Assembly: GCA_043797665.1 (NCBI GenBank)
Contig: JAZDPL010000085.1
Coordinates: forward strand, 1-17,258
Length of the DNA stretch: 17,258 bases
Direction of reading: 5' to 3'
Origin: Candidatus Omnitrophota bacterium
GTDB taxonomy: Bacteria > Ratteibacteria > UBA8468 > MWAK01
Both the position numbers and the translations under genes were made by a program. Each line of letters begins with the position of its first letter. Positions within the stretch are counted from its first letter, which is position 1. Positions 1 to 8,855 of the stretch are shown piece after piece. The notes beneath the pieces were generated by a model. The model saw only the letters and a list, made by a program, of their open reading frames with translations. It did no database searches and was not told the origin of the DNA.

Positions 1-388
1 CCGCCAGGATTCCGGCGACCTTGTCCGAATTATCTATCTCCTTTGCTTGGGAGACTTTGACATACTTCTTCAGGTGGTCGGTGACACCGTCCAGGACAGG
101 ACCCATCAGGACCTTAACGCCTTGCCTGGGGACGTCTGCGAACTTGGCGGTGCAGTTGGGCGCTCCCCAGATGGCTTCCGAGAGGTCTTTGCCTACTTTT
201 CTTTCGTCAACGTCAAAAGCAACTACCGGGATTATGTCGCTGACCTTGTAACCTCCGAGATCAGGATGCATAAGTCCCGGGATTACCTCGCCTTTCTTGA
301 TTTTTAGGTCTCTGTAGTAATACCTGCCCTGGACCAAAGAATTGGTGCAGTTACCTACGCCGATTACCGCGATTCTAATTTGGGACAT
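1..388 (-). CDS. ino1: myo-inositol-1-phosphate synthase, N-terminal part (runs off window edge)
   Basis: Not in the ORF track. Manual translation from ATG at 388 gives MSQIRIAVIGVGNCTNSLVQGRYYY...PGLMHPDLGGYKVSDIIPVVAFDVDERKVGKDLSEAIWGAPNCT, the typical bacterial/archaeal MIPS N-terminus (GVGNCxSSLVQG; AFDVDxxKVGxDLSEAI). Frame is open to the window edge. Confidence 0.92.
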   Translation of the reverse strand, partial: MSQIRIAVIGVGNCTNSLVQGRYYYRDLKIKKGEVIPGLMHPDLGGYKVSDIIPVVAFDVDERKVGKDLSEAIWGAPNCTAKFADVPRQGVKVLMGPVLDGVTDHLKKYVKVSQAKEIDNSDKVAGILA

Positions 389-391
389 TTT

Positions 392-1567
392 CTATCTTCT
401 CCTTTCCGGTTTGTAATATGGCGGGATTACCTCTTCTTTCAGCGGCAATTCCACCCAAGAGTTAGTTTGCATTGATTTAAAAACCGCGCACATTACTTCT
501 ATCGCCCTGGCTCCGTCTTCACCATTGGTCAGCGGCTCCTTGTCGTTGACGATGCAGTCAAGAAAGTGCTGCCAAAGGTAGTAGTAGTTATTCGGTTCTC
601 TGGGCGGGCAAATGGACACCCAGCGTTTTTGAACCGGTTTGGTAATCAAGTCCTCAGCCCAGAAGACCTGGGGCCAGCGATATTGACGCATGACTTCCGG
701 AAGCTGGTCCTGGCTGTAATCTTTGGTGGTATAAATCGCCAGCGGGACGGTCTGGTAAGGGTTCTGGGCGTCGGAACTGGTAAAGATGGTCCCTTCGGTG
801 CCGTAAAGTTCGGTAAACTGAGAGACGACCGGGCTGTACCGGTTGCAACTGACGTGGCCGAGGGCGCCGTTTTCGTGTTCCATCATAACTACCGCGGTGT
901 CGTCACACTTAGTGTAATCGGCCGGAAGGACTCTGCGGTCGGCAATACCCATCACCCTTTTTACCGGCGAGCCCAAAAGCCAGATTAGAAGATCAATGGC
1001 GTGGGCACCGGTGTCGGAAACCGCACTTCCGCCGATTATTTCCGGATGGAGGCGGAAGTCGGTGTAGGCGATGTTATCCTGGTAAAACTTGACGTGCTCG
1101 TGCATGGTGGTCTTACCCATCATCACCTTTCCGATGACGCCTTCTTCCGTAAGTTGTTTCGCCCATTGGTTCTGGCGCCAGAAACGGCGGTCGCAGCCAA
1201 CCATCAGTTTTATCTTTGCTTTCTTTGCGGCCTTTACGATATCCCAGGCTTCCCGATTGGTAACCGCCAGGGGTTTTTCCATCAGGATATGCAGTCCGGC
1301 CTGCGCCGCCGCCATGCCCTGGGCCCAATGAAATTTGGGCGGGGAGGCGATAATGACTGCCTGCAGGTCATTTCTTTCTTTGAGCATCTTTTGGTAATCA
1401 GTATACCAGGACTTCGCCTGCCATTTCCGGCTGGCTTTTCTGGCTGTTTCTTCATTTATATCGCAGGTAGCGATGAGTTCCACTTCCTCGGACCGGGCAA
1501 TGGATGGAAAATGAGCCAGGTTGGCAATACTACCACACCCTATTACCGCTATTCCTATCTTAGGCAT
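392..1567 (-). CDS. Gfo/Idh/MocA family NAD(P)-dependent oxidoreductase
   Basis: GCGSIA Rossmann motif, EKP motif, GGSAVSDTGAHAID (DxxxH); AAGGAG SD upstream. Confidence 0.92.
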   Translation of the reverse strand: MPKIGIAVIGCGSIANLAHFPSIARSEEVELIATCDINEETARKASRKWQAKSWYTDYQKMLKERNDLQAVIIASPPKFHWAQGMAAAQAGLHILMEKPLAVTNREAWDIVKAAKKAKIKLMVGCDRRFWRQNQWAKQLTEEGVIGKVMMGKTTMHEHVKFYQDNIAYTDFRLHPEIIGGSAVSDTGAHAIDLLIWLLGSPVKRVMGIADRRVLPADYTKCDDTAVVMMEHENGALGHVSCNRYSPVVSQFTELYGTEGTIFTSSDAQNPYQTVPLAIYTTKDYSQDQLPEVMRQYRWPQVFWAEDLITKPVQKRWVSICPPREPNNYYYLWQHFLDCIVNDKEPLTNGEDGARAIEVMCAVFKSMQTNSWVELPLKEEVIPPYYKPERRR

Positions 1568-1601
1568 AAATCTTCTCCTTTCTTGTAATGTTTTTATATT
1601 C

Positions 1602-1625
1602 GGGTCGGATAAATCCGACCCCTAC
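1602..1625 (-). repeat. GTAG-tagged REP-like palindrome
   Basis: Minus strand reads GTAG-GGGTCGGAT-TT-ATCCGACCC (perfect 9-bp stem), 2 nt after the regulator stop codon. Confidence 0.75.
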
Positions 1626-1627
1626 AA

Positions 1628-2776
1628 TTATGTTTTTGTCATTACTGCTACACAAGATTCCCTGGTGACTAATTCGGTCGGTAAGATTATCTTTTCCACC
1701 TTCTTTTTTACCCAGCCTCCTTTTATTCTTTTAATTAAAATCTCGCAGGCTCTCTTTCCGATTTCATATTTTGGCTGCCGGACCGTGGTTAAAGGAATTT
1801 CCCTGTAGGAGGAAATTTTCAAATCATCAAAACCCACGATGGATATATCGTCAGGAATCTTAAGCCCCATTTTCTTTACAGCCTTACAGCAACCCAGAGT
1901 CAGATAGTCATTTCCCCCAAAGATAGCGGTAGGCCTTTTTTTCAGGGCTAAAAGAGCCAGGGTTTCTTTATACCCCCCAACATCATCCGGTTCAAACCTA
2001 AGGCTGCCTTCAGTTTCAAACGGCTGAATTTTTCTAACCAGGTAGGAATTGAATGGAATACCCGCCTGGTTCAAAGCAGCCCGATAACCTTCAAATCTAT
2101 CTTCATTGGAAGTGCAATCCGCACCCATAATGTGCCCGATTTTTCTGTGGCCTAAACTAATAAGGTACTTGACTGCCTGATAGGCTCCCCGGTAATTATC
2201 AACCACAACCATATCTGTCTGGATATCTCTGAAATATCTGTCAATAAGAACGAAAGGATAACCTCTCTTTTTCAACTCAAGAATTTGTAACGCGTTAAAC
2301 CTGCCCCAGCAAGGAAATATAATCGCCCCCGGGATATTACTTTTTTTTAATAGTTCAATATTGGCGACTTCCTTTTCTATGCTTTTGTCAGAACTGAAGA
2401 TAACCGCTTGGTATCCATTCTGAGTCGCAACTTTTTTAATTCCCGGGTATATTTCAGAAATGAAAATATCTTCTATGTCGGGAACGACAAAAGCAAGTAA
2501 TTTCTCGCCTATCATGAGTTCTTGTTTTTTTTCTTTTCGGGGTTTTTCAAAATTAACAAAAGTCCCTTTTCTTTGTATACGAACGATATAACCTTCTCTC
2601 TTTAAATCTCCCAGAGCTTTTTTGATTGTTATTCTGCTCACCTTGTATTTGTTACATAGAATATCTTCGGAAGGGAGAGATTCCATGGACTTTTTTTCTC
2701 CGTTTTCTATCTGGGAGCGGATGTTTTCTCTCACTTGAATATAAAAAGGCACCGAATTTTTTCTATCAATTTTCAT
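1628..2776 (-). CDS. GntR-type wHTH fused to LacI-type sugar-binding domain (AraR-like regulator)
   Basis: N-terminal LPSEDILCNKYKVSRITIKKALGDLKREGYIVRIQRKGTFV; C-terminal LacI-type motifs (VVVDNYRGAYQAVKYLISLGHRKI, IPDDISIVGFDD, LTTVRQP, ELVTRES). Confidence 0.93.
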   Translation of the reverse strand: MKIDRKNSVPFYIQVRENIRSQIENGEKKSMESLPSEDILCNKYKVSRITIKKALGDLKREGYIVRIQRKGTFVNFEKPRKEKKQELMIGEKLLAFVVPDIEDIFISEIYPGIKKVATQNGYQAVIFSSDKSIEKEVANIELLKKSNIPGAIIFPCWGRFNALQILELKKRGYPFVLIDRYFRDIQTDMVVVDNYRGAYQAVKYLISLGHRKIGHIMGADCTSNEDRFEGYRAALNQAGIPFNSYLVRKIQPFETEGSLRFEPDDVGGYKETLALLALKKRPTAIFGGNDYLTLGCCKAVKKMGLKIPDDISIVGFDDLKISSYREIPLTTVRQPKYEIGKRACEILIKRIKGGWVKKKVEKIILPTELVTRESCVAVMTKT

Positions 2777-2785
2777 TTTATACCT

Positions 2786-2814
2786 ATTCTACCTCAAAAA
2801 AGATGTTTTGTCAA
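2786..2814 (-). promoter_or_regulatory. sigma70-type promoter of the GntR/LacI regulator
   Basis: Minus strand: TTGACA (2814-2809), 17 nt, TAGAAT (2791-2786); AT-rich upstream tract. Confidence 0.75.
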
Positions 2815-2945
2815 GTATTATTTATAATTTATATATAATTTTATTATACTTTATTCAGTATTAATTCCCGTAATGATTTGAATATTTTCAGAGAAGAACC
2901 ACCTGGTTAAATTAAACGGACTCTACGGACCTCTGGTCTGAAAGA

Positions 2946-3557
2946 CTATTCTTCTATCGCCAATAGCCGGCAGGGCAACTGAACCACACCGGGAATTTTG
3001 AGAGGCACCACACAAATCTTTACTTCTTCCTTTGATATCTTATCTAAGTTTACCGGGATACAGACACAAGAGATTCCAGCCTTAAAGAGTTCTACAAAGA
3101 TACCCCTGGGGTCAGCATGGTTCTCGTATACGTCAGAGATGAACAGGTCTATCTCCTGAGAAATTATCCACCCGACCGCGTCCTTTCCGTAAAAATATAC
3201 CTCCGGAGAATCAATAGACCTCGGATTCCAGCCGGTATCAATAATAAGCCCCTTTCCTTTAACCGAAATACCGGTTGCCTTCAGTTCCTCCGCCCTTATC
3301 TCCCTTCCCAAACCCTCCCGCTTCAGACGAATTACCGTAGTCGGCACCATAAAGAGTTTTTCCAGCGGATAATTACCCGCATCCAGGCGGTTGTCAAATT
3401 CCAGGATATGGCCCGGCAGGTCCAGATAGGTCCCGGACATGGAGGACAGCACAAGATTATGGATAATCCCCTGATAGAGGCTGTCTTTCATCCTTATCGG
3501 CACCAGCGTCCGCGAAACCCCTCCGGTAATTTCAGTAGTCAAATCGATAATTTTCAT
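2946..3557 (-). CDS. cyclase (kynurenine formamidase-like) family protein with degenerate metal motif
   Basis: MKIIDLT start, MSGTYLDLPGH where HxGTHxDxPxH is expected, LIIDTGW, C-terminal PLKIPG...PCRLLA; GAGGTG SD. Confidence 0.75.
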   Translation of the reverse strand: MKIIDLTTEITGGVSRTLVPIRMKDSLYQGIIHNLVLSSMSGTYLDLPGHILEFDNRLDAGNYPLEKLFMVPTTVIRLKREGLGREIRAEELKATGISVKGKGLIIDTGWNPRSIDSPEVYFYGKDAVGWIISQEIDLFISDVYENHADPRGIFVELFKAGISCVCIPVNLDKISKEEVKICVVPLKIPGVVQLPCRLLAIEE

Positions 3558-3579
3558 TTCACCTCGTACTTAAAAAAAT

Positions 3580-3610
3580 AGATTCCGGCTTATTACATGC
3601 CGGAATGACA
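3580..3610. repeat. TGTC/CGTC-tagged REP-like hairpin
   Basis: AGATTCCGGC-N9-GCCGGAATGACA; shares the AGATT...AATGACA frame with the other copies. Confidence 0.6.
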
Positions 3611-3636
3611 TCTATGTTGTTTGAGAATACCTAATC

Positions 3637-5175
3637 CTACATTGTATCCAAAAGGTGCCAGAAGGCAGAGGCTGACCTCTTGAAACTTTCTCTTCCCGCT
3701 CCCAAACAAGGTTTAAAAGAAAAAAAGCCGCCAAAACTCCGGCACCGCAAGATGGAAATCAGTTCCTTTATCTCCGCATTACCGTAGCCCGGCAACTGAT
3801 ATGAACCGGAAAAGAGACCGTCGTTAATGTACAAAAGACCGCTAAGTTTCCTTACCCGGGAGGGAATACCCAGAAAAGGTTTTTCGCCATTCCGGGCAAA
3901 GTTTGCCGGATTGAACGCCAGACGCAAATAAGGAGAATTTACGCTCCGGATAACATCTTCACACCGGGCTGAACCCGAACAATAGGTACCCGGCTCATTC
4001 TCAATCAGAAGAGCAACCTTTCGCTCCTGAGCCAACGCTGCCATTTCCCCTAACTTTTCCAAAACCTCTTTCCGGAAATTTCCGGCATTACCTTCCGGCA
4101 GATAGAATGAAGAAATGATAAGATATTTGACCCCAAAAATCTCTGCCAGGTCCAACGATTTCTTACACCGGTCCATGTTGGCAATTAAGTCTCCCTTTAA
4201 AGATATCCGGTTAATACCGGTATCTAAAGAAGAAACCGAAAAACCTTTATCTGCCAACCTCTTCTTTAATTCTTGAGTCTGACTGCCGGAAAGGTCTAAT
4301 AACTCTTTGCCCTCTACTTTACGCAACTCCACGTGGCTGATACCTTCTCCCTGCAGGACGGTCATAATCTCGTCGGTTTCCGAGCCGACTTCGTCGCTGA
4401 CCGCGGTCAAAATAAAAGATTCTTCCTTCAGCCGGGCAGACTTTATCTTGCCCCTCTGCATCACGCAATCCGTACAGTTAGGGTTGTCGCAGAGAAAAAC
4501 CTCCGGTTTCTTCCTTAAAGCCTCCAAGCCAACCTGCACCATCTTTTTAGCCTTCATCAAACGGACCACCGCATTGCCAATCTTACCGGTTTTCATTACG
4601 CCGGTCTCACGGAAGAGCCGGTCCATACCGATAAAATTCCGGTGCGGACCAGGAAACCTCTTGAGTACTTTGGTCTTCTCCTGCCCCTTCTCATCCCGGC
4701 ACTTAACCTCCTTCTCGGAAAGGTACGGTACATCAGCATAGTCTTCAATGGTATGCAAGGTAGTACTTCTATCCTGGTCAACACCTAAAAGCAGGATATA
4801 GCCTCCCCAATCTATTAGTTTGGCAAAGGGCGTACCTTTTCCGCAGGCGGTTTCCGCTTTGATGTGGTCAACAACCAATCTCCCTGCTCTCTTCCCCCAG
4901 GCTGAAACCGAATGAGTTGGGTGGCCACTCTTCACCACATCAGGGCGCATACTGAACATCCTGGTAACCTCTGCCCCACCTAAAGGGTACGTCATCACCA
5001 CCGTCCCTTCTTTACCCACTGTTTCCAGGATGGCATCAATAACCTTTTCCGCACCGCCTTCAACCTCACCCAAACTACTCAAAGCGCTGTGCACCATTAC
5101 GATATTACCCTTCTTCAAGCCTAACGCCTTCAACCTTTTCTTTATCTCTTCTTTGGTAACCATTCTTGGACCCAT
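3637..5175 (-). CDS. AAC(3)/Antibiotic_NAT family N-acetyltransferase fused to xylose-isomerase/AP_endonuc_2-like TIM barrel
   Basis: AAC(3) motifs MVHSALSSLG, HPTHSVSAWG, ILLLGV..STTLHTIE and Cys-rich CDNPNCTDC; second domain AVSDE...VELR...IENE...FNPAN...PGYG. Start moved from 5274 to ATG 5175 (GGTGAG SD; 5163 also possible) because the ORF extension translates a REP (CHSERSEES). Confidence 0.85.
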   Translation of the reverse strand: MGPRMVTKEEIKKRLKALGLKKGNIVMVHSALSSLGEVEGGAEKVIDAILETVGKEGTVVMTYPLGGAEVTRMFSMRPDVVKSGHPTHSVSAWGKRAGRLVVDHIKAETACGKGTPFAKLIDWGGYILLLGVDQDRSTTLHTIEDYADVPYLSEKEVKCRDEKGQEKTKVLKRFPGPHRNFIGMDRLFRETGVMKTGKIGNAVVRLMKAKKMVQVGLEALRKKPEVFLCDNPNCTDCVMQRGKIKSARLKEESFILTAVSDEVGSETDEIMTVLQGEGISHVELRKVEGKELLDLSGSQTQELKKRLADKGFSVSSLDTGINRISLKGDLIANMDRCKKSLDLAEIFGVKYLIISSFYLPEGNAGNFRKEVLEKLGEMAALAQERKVALLIENEPGTYCSGSARCEDVIRSVNSPYLRLAFNPANFARNGEKPFLGIPSRVRKLSGLLYINDGLFSGSYQLPGYGNAEIKELISILRCRSFGGFFSFKPCLGAGRESFKRSASAFWHLLDTM

Positions 5176-5187
5176 TAATTTCTCACC

Positions 5188-5214
5188 AGATTCTTCACTG
5201 CGTTCAGAATGACA
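5188..5214. repeat. TGTC/CGTC-tagged REP-like single unit
   Basis: AGATTCTTCACTGCGTTCAGAATGACA, homologous to the units at 7442-7499, 14617 and 16982. Confidence 0.8.
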
Positions 5215-5310
5215 ATGATTAGAGTATTTATAAAAGGGGAGAGGCTGATTTCTTGAGACATACTCAAAAACCAACGGGGCAATAAATTCGTAATGCTTGT
5301 TTCTTTTAAC

Positions 5311-6636
5311 TTACCGGCCGGAACGGCTGGCTGCCTTTTTGGCCGCGTTTCTGATTCCAGTAATTATGGCGTCTAAGTCGCCCCTGGTCAGCCTGGGGTG
5401 CATCGGCAGGTTCATCTCCCGGCGGTAGAAAAACTTGTCCGCATTGGGACAGCGTTCCTTACCGCAGCCTAATTTTTTGAGCGCGGTAAAGTCATAGGTC
5501 GGCTGGTAGTGCAGAATTCCCTGAATCCCTTCCTCCTTATAGAGAACCCGCATAAAATCATCCCGGCTCGCACCTAATTCTTCCTCTTCCACACAGAGGG
5601 TGTATAAATGATAGACGTGGTAGCAGTTAGGGTCTTCATAGACCGGCGTAATCCCTTTCAGTCCTTTCAGCCCTTCGTTCAGGTACCGGCCGTTTTCCCG
5701 CCTCTTTTCGCTAAGCATGGTTAATTTTTTTAACTGAGCCCGGCCACAGGCAGCCTGGGGTTCATTCATCCGGTAATTGTTGCCAAAATGACCGTTGGTG
5801 TCCTCAACGTCAAAGTGGGAAGGGAGCCAGTAGTCAGTAACTCCTTCCTTGACCAGGGTGGTATCTCCAAAGGTAAACCTGGTCTGCCCTGCCGGCCAGT
5901 GGCCGATAGACATACAGCGCATTTTACTGATGGCATCAACCAGGTCATCGCGGCTGGTCGTAATCATGCCGCCCTCGCCCAAAGTAGTCATATTCTTTAA
6001 GGAATGGAAACTGAAACAACCGACGTCACCGATGGAACCGGCTTTTCTGCCTTTGTATTCCGCGCCGGGCGCGTGGGCGCAGTCTTCCAGAACATAGAGG
6101 TTGTGCCTCCGGGCAATTTCCATAATCGGGTCCATATCGCACATCTGACCGCCGTAGTGGACCACGTAAATCGCTTTGGTACGCGGGGTAACCTTCTCCT
6201 CAATTTTCGCCGGGTCGATATTGAAGGTACGCGGGTCAATATCAGCGTAAACCGGCCGGCCTTTTTCTTTTAATATCACCAGGGAAGTGGCGATAAAGGT
6301 ATTCGGCGTAACAATCACTTCGTCGCCTTCCCTGATATTAAATACCTGGGTCGCCACGTGCATTGCGGTGGTGCAGTTACTGACCGCAAAAGCATGCTTA
6401 ACACCGTGGACGTCGGCAAACTCTTTCTGGAAGAGTTGCACCTGCGGCCCCATGGTAAGGGAATCCTGTTTCATCGCCTTCAGCACCATCTTCTCTTCTT
6501 CTCCATCGTAAATGGAGCCGAAGAAAGAATACGGAACCTTCAGCGGCACCCCGTCATTCATCTGATAGCCGGAGGTAATACCGCCTTCCGTATCACTGCC
6601 GGTATACAAATCCTTCTTCTCTTCATTCTTTTCCAT
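5311..6636 (-). CDS. DegT/DnrJ/EryC1/StrS family PLP-dependent aminotransferase
   Basis: SNCTTAMH, EDCAHAPG, FSFHSLKNMTTLGEGG (PLP lysine), GNNYRM, HVYHLY, LPMHP; GGAGG SD. Confidence 0.95.
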   Translation of the reverse strand: MEKNEEKKDLYTGSDTEGGITSGYQMNDGVPLKVPYSFFGSIYDGEEEKMVLKAMKQDSLTMGPQVQLFQKEFADVHGVKHAFAVSNCTTAMHVATQVFNIREGDEVIVTPNTFIATSLVILKEKGRPVYADIDPRTFNIDPAKIEEKVTPRTKAIYVVHYGGQMCDMDPIMEIARRHNLYVLEDCAHAPGAEYKGRKAGSIGDVGCFSFHSLKNMTTLGEGGMITTSRDDLVDAISKMRCMSIGHWPAGQTRFTFGDTTLVKEGVTDYWLPSHFDVEDTNGHFGNNYRMNEPQAACGRAQLKKLTMLSEKRRENGRYLNEGLKGLKGITPVYEDPNCYHVYHLYTLCVEEEELGASRDDFMRVLYKEEGIQGILHYQPTYDFTALKKLGCGKERCPNADKFFYRREMNLPMHPRLTRGDLDAIITGIRNAAKKAASRSGR

Positions 6637-7420
6637 CGTTCACCTCCATCAGACGTTGGATGAGACGGACCAGTTCACCCACCGCTTCTTCGCAGATCTT
6701 CCGGCCTAATTCGGCGCTGGCTCGTTCCGGATAGCCCATTACACCGACTTTTATTTTGGGATGCTGGGAGATGTAAGGAAAAACCGCTTCATCGTCAACC
6801 GGCTTCTCCTTCACCTGATAGGCATCCTGGTCCCGGCGCATCATCGCCAAAATCTCCGGTTCATCCAGAACCACCGGTTCTTTAACCAACTCCGGATGCC
6901 AGTAGAGCATCAGGGAAGTCTCCATATAGCCGGCGTGAAAGTCTTTTTCCGCAAACGCCTTCTTAAAATTTTCGGATAATTTCCAGAAAAGGAATAACGC
7001 CACCGTTACACTCTTATCCGGCAATCTCTTCCTTAAGAAAAAATCTATCCCGTCTTTAATCGCCTGTTCGTTTTCGGTTCCGCCGTGACCCGGCACGATG
7101 ATAATCTTCTTAAATCCCTGCTGACTTAAAGAAGTCAGGATTTCGCCAATCATCAGAGAGACTACCGGCGGACTGATATTAATCGTTCCCGGAAGGGTGC
7201 CACCGGAAAAGACATAGTTGAGAACCGGTGCAACTACGGCACCACTCTCGGCCGAGGCGCGATGGGAAATCTCAACCGCATTATGGATATCGGTGGAAAG
7301 CGGCAGGTGAAATCCGTGCTGTTCGCAAATACCGACCGGAAGCAGTATTACCCTTCCGTCTTTGATAGCCTGACCGGCCTCTTTTACCGTCATTTCTTCC
7401 ATCAGTGTTGGTTTCTTCAC
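6623..7420 (-). CDS. creatininase/creatinine amidohydrolase family protein
   Basis: LPVGICEQHGFHLPLSTD, GHGG.EN, DFHAGYMETS, GVMGYP..ASAELG. Start reassigned to GTG 7420 (GGAGG SD 6 nt upstream); the longer ORF begins inside a REP. Overlaps the aminotransferase start by 14 nt. Confidence 0.9.
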   Translation of the reverse strand: MKKPTLMEEMTVKEAGQAIKDGRVILLPVGICEQHGFHLPLSTDIHNAVEISHRASAESGAVVAPVLNYVFSGGTLPGTINISPPVVSLMIGEILTSLSQQGFKKIIIVPGHGGTENEQAIKDGIDFFLRKRLPDKSVTVALFLFWKLSENFKKAFAEKDFHAGYMETSLMLYWHPELVKEPVVLDEPEILAMMRRDQDAYQVKEKPVDDEAVFPYISQHPKIKVGVMGYPERASAELGRKICEEAVGELVRLIQRLMEVNDGKE

Positions 7421-7441
7421 TATAAACCTCCGTCTTATGTT

Positions 7442-7499
7442 TGTCATTCTGAGCAAAGCGAAGAATCTGAGATCCTTCGGCTGGCGCCTCAGGATGACA
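7442..7499. repeat. inverted doublet of TGTC-tagged REP-like units (REPIN-like)
   Basis: TGTCATTCTGAGCAAAGCGAAGAATCT-G-AGATCCTTCGGCTGGCGCCTCAGGATGACA; the two halves are imperfect reverse complements. Confidence 0.85.
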
Positions 7500-7516
7500 T
7501 AAGTGCCCTATCCCAT

Positions 7517-8809
7517 TCAAGGGATAGAGAACCCGTATTTTGAGCGGTCAACCACTACTTTGCCGGAAGAAACCGTATAGACTACCCGGCCAGCCATCTT
7601 TTGATTCAAAAAAGGCGTGTTCTGACTTAAGGATTTGATGTTATCCGTGGTCAGCGTCCATTCGGCTTTGGGGTCAAAGACGGTGACATCAGCCCGCAAA
7701 CCTTTCTTAAGGGTGCCCCGGTCAGAAAGACCAAATACCCGGGCCGGTCTGACCGTAAGGCAGGCAATCAGTTGATTCAAGGGAATCTCTTTTGTTAGTC
7801 TCAATAAAAGGGGCAAGGCGGTCTCAAACCCCAGCATCCCGAAAGCCGCGCTGTCAAAGTCGGTCTCCTTCTCTTCCCGGCTGTGGGGTGCGTGGTCGGT
7901 CACAATGATATCCACCGTACCATCCCTGACCGCCACTTTTAGCGCTCTGACATCTTCTTCCGTACGTAAAGGAGGGCTGACCTTGGCGCTGGTGTTATAT
8001 CCTTTTACCGCCTCTTCGGTTAAGGTTAAGTGGTGGAAAGTAACCTCGGCGGTTACTGGAAAGCCTGACCTTTTTGCCTGCCGAAGAAGGGATATGGAAC
8101 CCGCGGTAGTAAGATGGGCAAGATGAAGATGTCCCCGGGTTAAGGAAGCCACCGCAATATCCCGGAAGACCGCCACCTCTTCGGCTTCCTTCGGAATAGC
8201 GGTTAACCCTAAGAGTGTGGCGAGTTTACCTTCATTTATTACCCCTTCCCGGGCCAGAGCCGAATCTTCCGGATGGTCAATGACCGGTCGGTTTACCATT
8301 CTGGCGTATTCCAGCGCCCGGCGTAAGACCTGGCTGTCCGCAACACATCTACCGTCATCGGAAAACGCCGCCGCACCGTTTTTTGCCAGGTCAACCATTT
8401 CCGTAAGTTCTTTGCCCTGCCGGTTTCTGGTAATCGCACCGATGGGAAGTACTGAAATGGGTGTTTCTTTACCCTTATTGAGTACAAAAGCCACCAGGAA
8501 ACCGTTATCAATACAGGGATTGGTGTTAGGCATCGCCAGGATTGTGGTGTATCCGCCGCTGGCGGCCGAATCTGCACCGCTCTTAATCGTCTCCTCATCC
8601 TCCCGGCCTGGTTCCCGTAAATGACAATGTCCATCAATAAACCCGGGCGAAACAATCAGTCCTCCGGCATCAATCACCCGAATCCCTTTATCCGGAGTAA
8701 TATTCTTGCCAAGTCTTACCACCTTATCACCGGCACAAAGAAGGTCTAAAACTCCATCAATTTTCTGCCCCGGGTCGATTACCCGACCACCCTTGATCAA
8801 TAGATTCAT
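7517..8809 (-). CDS. pyrC: dihydroorotase (type I)
   Basis: PGFIDGHCHLREPG, AMPNT, FSDDG, EVTFHHL, KVSPPLR, TDHAPH, SxSxNTPF. Confidence 0.96.
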   Translation of the reverse strand: MNLLIKGGRVIDPGQKIDGVLDLLCAGDKVVRLGKNITPDKGIRVIDAGGLIVSPGFIDGHCHLREPGREDEETIKSGADSAASGGYTTILAMPNTNPCIDNGFLVAFVLNKGKETPISVLPIGAITRNRQGKELTEMVDLAKNGAAAFSDDGRCVADSQVLRRALEYARMVNRPVIDHPEDSALAREGVINEGKLATLLGLTAIPKEAEEVAVFRDIAVASLTRGHLHLAHLTTAGSISLLRQAKRSGFPVTAEVTFHHLTLTEEAVKGYNTSAKVSPPLRTEEDVRALKVAVRDGTVDIIVTDHAPHSREEKETDFDSAAFGMLGFETALPLLLRLTKEIPLNQLIACLTVRPARVFGLSDRGTLKKGLRADVTVFDPKAEWTLTTDNIKSLSQNTPFLNQKMAGRVVYTVSSGKVVVDRSKYGFSIP

Positions 8810-8817
8810 CGCTTAAT

Positions 8818-8826
8818 ATTATACCA
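8818..8826 (-). promoter_or_regulatory. extended -10 promoter immediately upstream of pyrC
   Basis: Minus strand TGG-TATAAT, 8 nt before the ATG; no SD in between. Confidence 0.6.
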
Positions 8827-8855
8827 CCAGTACATAATAGAAATAAACCAACCAG

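Noticed and set aside
5176..5274. N-terminal extension of the AAC(3) fusion
   Set aside because: Translates a REP unit (CHSERSEES); a better SD and start lie at 5175.
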